This document shows positions 26,305-30,610 of a stretch of DNA of 30,610 nt, piece by piece. Every line of letters begins with the position of its first letter. The stretch's first letter is position 1. The stretch lies in NCBI GenBank assembly GCA_024277405.1, contig JAJRVI010000116.1:1-30610 (forward strand), given 5' to 3'. A program made the position numbers and the translations under genes. Origin of the DNA: Fidelibacterota bacterium (lineage in GTDB: Bacteria; Bipolaricaulota; Bipolaricaulia; Bipolaricaulales; Bipolaricaulaceae). Below the pieces are notes generated by a model. The model saw nothing but the letters and a program-made list of their open reading frames with translations. It was not told where the DNA came from and did no database searches.

Positions 26305-26929
26305 CCTGGACGCGGGGCCGGAGGAGGTGGAGGTCCCCGCGGAGCTCTTCGGCGCCGAGGTGAACGAGGACCTCCTCTGGCGGGCGGTGCGCGTTTACCT
26401 CTACAACCAACGCCAGTGGACCGCTTCCACCAAGACCCGGGGAGAGGTACGCGGCGGGGGCCGCAAGCCCTGGCCCCAGAAGCACACCGGGCGCGCCCGC
26501 CATGGCTCCATCCGCTCCCCCATCTGGCGGGGCGGAGGAGTGGTGTTCGGGCCCAAGCCGATAAAACGGCGCCTGGAGCTCCCCCGGAAGATGCGCCGGA
26601 AGGCCCTGATCTCGGCGCTTTCCGCCCGGGCCCAGGAGGGAAACCTCCTTCTCATCGACCGGTTCGGGTTCGAGCGGCCCAGGACCAAGGAAGCGGTGGA
26701 AGTCCTCGGCAAGCTCGGTTGCCCCGAGAAGACCCTCGTGGTCATCGCCACCGATGAGTACACGATCCCGGTGTACAAGTCGTTCTCCAACATCCCGGGC
26801 GTGGACTGCGTCCGCACCGACGGCCTCTCTGTGTGGCACGTCCTCGCCCACGAGGGGCTTCTCATGACCCAGCGGGCCGTGGAGGAGCTCGAAAGGAGGG
26901 TCACCAGTGGCGCCAAGGCTGTTGCCTGA
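26273..26929 (+). CDS. rplD: 50S ribosomal protein L4
   Basis: [42 protein letters not shown]. Confidence 0.98.
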   Translation: MPKAKLYRWDNLDAGPEEVEVPAELFGAEVNEDLLWRAVRVYLYNQRQWTASTKTRGEVRGGGRKPWPQKHTGRARHGSIRSPIWRGGGVVFGPKPIKRRLELPRKMRRKALISALSARAQEGNLLLIDRFGFERPRTKEAVEVLGKLGCPEKTLVVIATDEYTIPVYKSFSNIPGVDCVRTDGLSVWHVLAHEGLLMTQRAVEELERRVTSGAKAVA

Positions 26930-27203
26930 GGACATCATCATCCGCCCGGTGCTCACGGAGCGCTCCTGGCGGGCCATGGAGGAGGGCAAGTACACGTTCG
27001 AGGTGCACCCCGATGCCTCCAAGCCCGAGATCCGCCGGGCGGTGGAGGAGCTGTTCGGGGTGAAGGTGGAGAAGGTGTGGACCATGCGGGTGAAGGGGAA
27101 ACCCCGCCGCACGCGCCTCGATCGGCGCCACGGCCGGACCAAGTCGTGGAAGAAGGCGATCGTGAAGCTCGCGCCGGGGCACAAGATCGACATCGTGGGG
27201 TGA
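26907..27203 (+). CDS. rplW: 50S ribosomal protein L23
   Basis: [29 protein letters not shown]; GTG start after AAGGAGG. Confidence 0.97.
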   Translation: MAPRLLPEDIIIRPVLTERSWRAMEEGKYTFEVHPDASKPEIRRAVEELFGVKVEKVWTMRVKGKPRRTRLDRRHGRTKSWKKAIVKLAPGHKIDIVG

Positions 27204-27208
27204 TGTGA

Positions 27209-28039
27209 ATGGGGCTTAAAAAATGGAAACCGGTCACGCCCGGGCTCAGACACGCCGTCTGGCCCGACTATTCCCAGCTCACCAAGAAGGAGCCGGAGAA
27301 GTCCCTGATCGAGCCCCTCCATCGCCGGTTCGGGCGCAACAACCAGGGACGCATCACCTCCCGTCACCGGGGGGGCGGCCACAAGCGGATGTACCGCATC
27401 ATCGACTTCGACCGCAAGGACAAGGCCGGGGTTCCCGCCAAGGTGGCGGCGCTGGAGTATGACCCGAACCGCACCGCTTGGATCGCGCTGCTCCATTACG
27501 CCGACGGCGAGAAGCGGTACATCCTCGCCCCGGAGGGGCTCAAGGTGGGGGACGTGGTGATGTCCGGGGAGGAGGCCGAGCCCCGGGTGGGGAACGCCAT
27601 GCCGCTGCGGGCGATCCCGGTGGGGACCACCATCCACAACATCGAGATCTACCCCGGCTCCCGGGGGAAGATGGTGCGCTCCGCGGGGGCGGAGGCGAAG
27701 CTCATGGCCAAGGAGGGCAAGTGGGCCATCGTGCGCCTCCCCTCGGGCGAGGTGCGGAAGTTCCACATCGAGTGCTGGGCCACCATCGGCCAGGTATCCA
27801 ACCCGGACCACAAGAACGTGAAGCACGGCAAGGCCGGCCGGAGGCGGCACCTGGGGTGGAGGCCGCACGTGCGGGGCGTGGCGATGAACGCCGTGGACCA
27901 CCCGCACGGGGGCGGTGAGGGACGCACCGGCGAGGGACGCCCCCCGAAATCCCCCTGGGGCTGGCTCACCAAGGGCGGACGGAAGACCCGGAAACCCAGG
28001 AAGCCCAGCGACAAGCTCATCATCAAGAGGAGGAAGTGA
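27209..28039 (+). CDS. rplB: 50S ribosomal protein L2
   Basis: [44 protein letters not shown]. Confidence 0.99.
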   Translation: MGLKKWKPVTPGLRHAVWPDYSQLTKKEPEKSLIEPLHRRFGRNNQGRITSRHRGGGHKRMYRIIDFDRKDKAGVPAKVAALEYDPNRTAWIALLHYADGEKRYILAPEGLKVGDVVMSGEEAEPRVGNAMPLRAIPVGTTIHNIEIYPGSRGKMVRSAGAEAKLMAKEGKWAIVRLPSGEVRKFHIECWATIGQVSNPDHKNVKHGKAGRRRHLGWRPHVRGVAMNAVDHPHGGGEGRTGEGRPPKSPWGWLTKGGRKTRKPRKPSDKLIIKRRK

Positions 28040-28323
28040 TGGGACGTTCGCGCAAGAAGGGCCCCTACGTCGATCCTAAGCTCCTGAAGAAGATCGAGAA
28101 GTTCCGCAGGGGAGAGATCAAGGAGATCGTCACCTGGGCCCGGTCCTCCATGATCATCCCGGAGATGGTGGGCCTCACCATCAAAGTACATAACGGCCGC
28201 ACCCATATCCCGGTGCACATCACCGAGGCCATGATCGGCCACCGCTTGGGCGAGTTCGCCCCCACGCGGACCTTCCGCGGCCACGGCGGCATGAAGAAGA
28301 AGAAGCCGCCGGCCCCGAAGTGA
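28039..28323 (+). CDS. rpsS: 30S ribosomal protein S19
   Basis: [34 protein letters not shown]. Confidence 0.98.
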   Translation: MGRSRKKGPYVDPKLLKKIEKFRRGEIKEIVTWARSSMIIPEMVGLTIKVHNGRTHIPVHITEAMIGHRLGEFAPTRTFRGHGGMKKKKPPAPK

Positions 28324-28334
28324 GGTGAGGGACG

Positions 28335-28673
28335 ATGGAAGCCGTGGCCAGGGCGCGCTTCGTGCGGATCTCCCCCAAGAAAGCCCGATTGGTGATCGAT
28401 CGCATCCGGGGGAAGCCCGTGGACGAGGCCCGGAGGATCATCGCCCTCTCACCAAAGAAGGCGGCCCGGATCATCAAGAAGGTCCTGGATTCGGCGGTGG
28501 CCAACGCCGTCAACAACTTCGAGATGGACGAGGACAACCTCTGGGTGGTCAAGGCCTACGTCGATGAGGGGCCGCGGATGCGGCGCTTGAAGCCCCGGGC
28601 GTTCGGGAGGGCGGACATCATCCAGCGCCGCATGAGCCATATCACCATCGTTGTCGCGGAGAAGGAGGGCTGA
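28335..28673 (+). CDS. rplV: 50S ribosomal protein L22
   Basis: [34 protein letters not shown]. Confidence 0.98.
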   Translation: MEAVARARFVRISPKKARLVIDRIRGKPVDEARRIIALSPKKAARIIKKVLDSAVANAVNNFEMDEDNLWVVKAYVDEGPRMRRLKPRAFGRADIIQRRMSHITIVVAEKEG

Positions 28674-29338
28674 TGGGCCAGAAGACTCACCCGGTCGGTT
28701 TCCGAATCGGAGTTCTCCGGAAATGGCGTTCCAATTGGTACGCGCCCGATAAGAAGGTCCCCGAGTACGTGGTGGAGGACGCCAAGATCCGGACACACAT
28801 CAAGAAGAACTACCGCGGCGCGGGGATCGCCGAGGTGCTCATCGAGCGGGCGGTGGAGGAGCGGGTGGCGATCACCATCCGCGCGGCCCGGCCCGGCGTC
28901 GTCATCGGGCGCGGGGGGAGCGAGATCCAGAAGCTCCAGGAGGAGCTCTCCAGGTTGACCGGCCGGGAGGTGAGGATCGGGGTGCTCGAGGTGGAGAAGC
29001 CGGAGCTGGAAGCACCCCTGGTGGCCCAGGACGTGGCCTTCCAGATCGAGAACCGGATCAACCCCTACCGGGCCATGAAGGAGACGATCCGGCGGGTGAT
29101 GGCCGCCGGGGCACAGGGGGTGAAGATCCGGGTCTCGGGCAGGTTGGGAGGGGCGGAGATCGCCCGCTCGGTGGAGATGAAGGAAGGCCGGGTCCCCCTC
29201 TCCACGCTCCGGGCCGATGTGGACTACGGGCTCGCGGAAGCCTGGACGAAATACGGTATCATCGGGGTGAAGGCCTGGGTCTTCCGCGGAGAGGTCTGGT
29301 CCCCCAAGGAACGCACGAAACCCGAAGCCGAGGAGTGA
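28673..29338 (+). CDS. rpsC: 30S ribosomal protein S3
   Basis: [46 protein letters not shown]. Confidence 0.98.
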   Translation: MGQKTHPVGFRIGVLRKWRSNWYAPDKKVPEYVVEDAKIRTHIKKNYRGAGIAEVLIERAVEERVAITIRAARPGVVIGRGGSEIQKLQEELSRLTGREVRIGVLEVEKPELEAPLVAQDVAFQIENRINPYRAMKETIRRVMAAGAQGVKIRVSGRLGGAEIARSVEMKEGRVPLSTLRADVDYGLAEAWTKYGIIGVKAWVFRGEVWSPKERTKPEAEE

Positions 29339-29344
29339 GATAAG

Positions 29345-29782
29345 ATGGCGCTTCTCTTCCCAAAGCGGACGAAATACCGCAAACAGCAGAGGAAGCGCGG
29401 GGCCTTCAAGCGCAAGGCCACCCGGGGGTGCGAGGTGGCCTTCGGCGACTACGGGATCCAAGCCCTGGAGGCCGCGTGGCTAACCCAACAGCAGATCGAG
29501 GCGGCCCGTACCGCCCTCTCCCGGGCCATCGGCCGGGGGAAGATCTGGATCCGGATCTTCCCCGATAAGCCCTATACCAAGAAGCCGGCCGAGTCCCGCA
29601 TGGGGAAGGGAAAGGGGAACGTGGAGGGTTGGGTGGCGGTGGTGCTCCCGGGCCGGATCATCTTCGAGTTCGCCGGCGTCTCCCCGGAGGAGGCGAAGGA
29701 GGCCCACCGGCTCGTGTCGGCCAAGCTCCCCATCCCCACCCGCCTGAAGACCAGGTTCCACTTCGGGGGTGAGGCCAGATGA
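29345..29782 (+). CDS. rplP: 50S ribosomal protein L16
   Basis: [32 protein letters not shown]. Confidence 0.98.
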   Translation: MALLFPKRTKYRKQQRKRGAFKRKATRGCEVAFGDYGIQALEAAWLTQQQIEAARTALSRAIGRGKIWIRIFPDKPYTKKPAESRMGKGKGNVEGWVAVVLPGRIIFEFAGVSPEEAKEAHRLVSAKLPIPTRLKTRFHFGGEAR

Positions 29783-29994
29783 AGGCCAGGGAACTCCGGG
29801 AGCTGTCCGACGAGGAGCTCCGGCAGAAGGTGGCGGAGTGGAAGCGCAAGCTCTTGAACCTGCGCTTCCAGCTCGCCTCGGGCCAGCTCCAGAACACGGC
29901 CGAGATAAAGAAGACGAAGCGGGACATCGCTCGCGCCCTGACCATCCTGCGCGAGCGGGAGCTCCAGCGCCAGCGGGAGGGAAGCCGTGCGTAA
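29779..29994 (+). CDS. rpmC: 50S ribosomal protein L29
   Basis: [32 protein letters not shown]. Confidence 0.97.
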   Translation: MKARELRELSDEELRQKVAEWKRKLLNLRFQLASGQLQNTAEIKKTKRDIARALTILRERELQRQREGSRA

Positions 29995-30235
29995 GAGAAG
30001 GATCGGCAAGGTGGTCTCCGACAAGATGCAGAAGACCATCGTGGTCCTGGAGGAGCAACTCTACGAGCACCCCCGGGTCCACAAGCACGTGAAGCGCCGC
30101 AAGAAATACTACGTGCACGACGAACGCGAGGAGGCCCGGGTAGGGGACATCGTTCTCATCGAGGAGACCCGACCCCTCTCGCGCCTCAAGCGCTGGCGGC
30201 TGGTGGAGATCCTGAAACGCGCGGAGGAGGGATGA
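29987..30235 (+). CDS. rpsQ: 30S ribosomal protein S17
   Basis: GKVVSDKMQKTIVV, VHDE, GDIVLIEETRPLSRLKRWRLV. Confidence 0.98.
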   Translation: MRKRRIGKVVSDKMQKTIVVLEEQLYEHPRVHKHVKRRKKYYVHDEREEARVGDIVLIEETRPLSRLKRWRLVEILKRAEEG

Positions 30236-30238
30236 ACC

Positions 30239-30601
30239 ATGATTCGGCCGGAGACGAAACTCGTCGTCGCCGATAACTCCGGTGCCAGGGTGATAAAGTG
30301 CATCCAGGTCCTCGGGAAGAAGCGCGTGGGGAAGATCGGGGATATAATCGTGGGGTCCGTTCAGAAGCGGGTCCCCACCGCGGACCTGGAGAAGGGGGAT
30401 ATCGTCCGCGGGGTGATCGTCCGGACCCGTGCGGCCTATCGACGTCCCGATGGGACCTATATCCGGTTCGACGATAACGCTGTGGTGTTGGTGGACAAGA
30501 ACCTCCAGCCCATAGGCACCCGGGTCTTCGGCCCGGTGGCGCGGGAGCTCCGGGATCTCGGCATGATGCGTATCATTTCCCTTGCACCGGAGGTGGTTTG
30601 A
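30239..30601 (+). CDS. rplN: 50S ribosomal protein L14
   Basis: [38 protein letters not shown]. Confidence 0.98.
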   Translation: MIRPETKLVVADNSGARVIKCIQVLGKKRVGKIGDIIVGSVQKRVPTADLEKGDIVRGVIVRTRAAYRRPDGTYIRFDDNAVVLVDKNLQPIGTRVFGPVARELRDLGMMRIISLAPEVV

Positions 30602-30610
30602 TGAAGGTCA
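30601..30610 (+). CDS. rplX: Probable start of 50S ribosomal protein L24 (truncated by the window)
   Basis: ATG AAG GTC overlaps the rplN stop with a GGAGG SD; conserved gene order. Only three codons are visible. Confidence 0.6.

Noticed and set aside
26477-26494. L4 loop QKHTG instead of QKGTG (macrolide tunnel site)
   Set aside because: I recall this variant occurring naturally in other bacteria, and no phenotype can be inferred.

Overview
A GC-rich (roughly two-thirds G+C by eye), mostly housekeeping bacterial window. At the left edge, an intact IS256-family element (229-1472) abuts a truncated second IS256 transposase. Then come a minus-strand operon spoVS-argS-ftsY-ppdK, a plus-strand operon DUF3467-amrB(MEMO1)-yicC-gmk-acpS, and rpsA. 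A small accessory block follows: a secreted pilin-like plus chaperone-like pair behind a long, possibly structured leader, a nitroreductase, DUF2905 and a secreted beta-helix protein. Next are hpf, a ThiI-like protein with a degenerate PP-loop, an FmdB zinc ribbon, a 1654-aa rpoC with no rpoB in front of it, rpsL-rpsG-fusA with no tuf, and the S10/spc ribosomal protein cluster running off the right edge in rplX. The gene set, charged-residue-rich proteins and Thermotoga/Thermus-like beta' insertions suggest a deep-branching, possibly thermophilic lineage such as Bipolaricaulota; this is inference only. The best candidates for new biology are the usher-less pilin/chaperone pair with its leader, the rearranged and divergent transcription/translation core, and promoters embedded in coding sequence. 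No tRNA, rRNA or CRISPR array was seen. All family calls are by motif recognition; no database searches were run.
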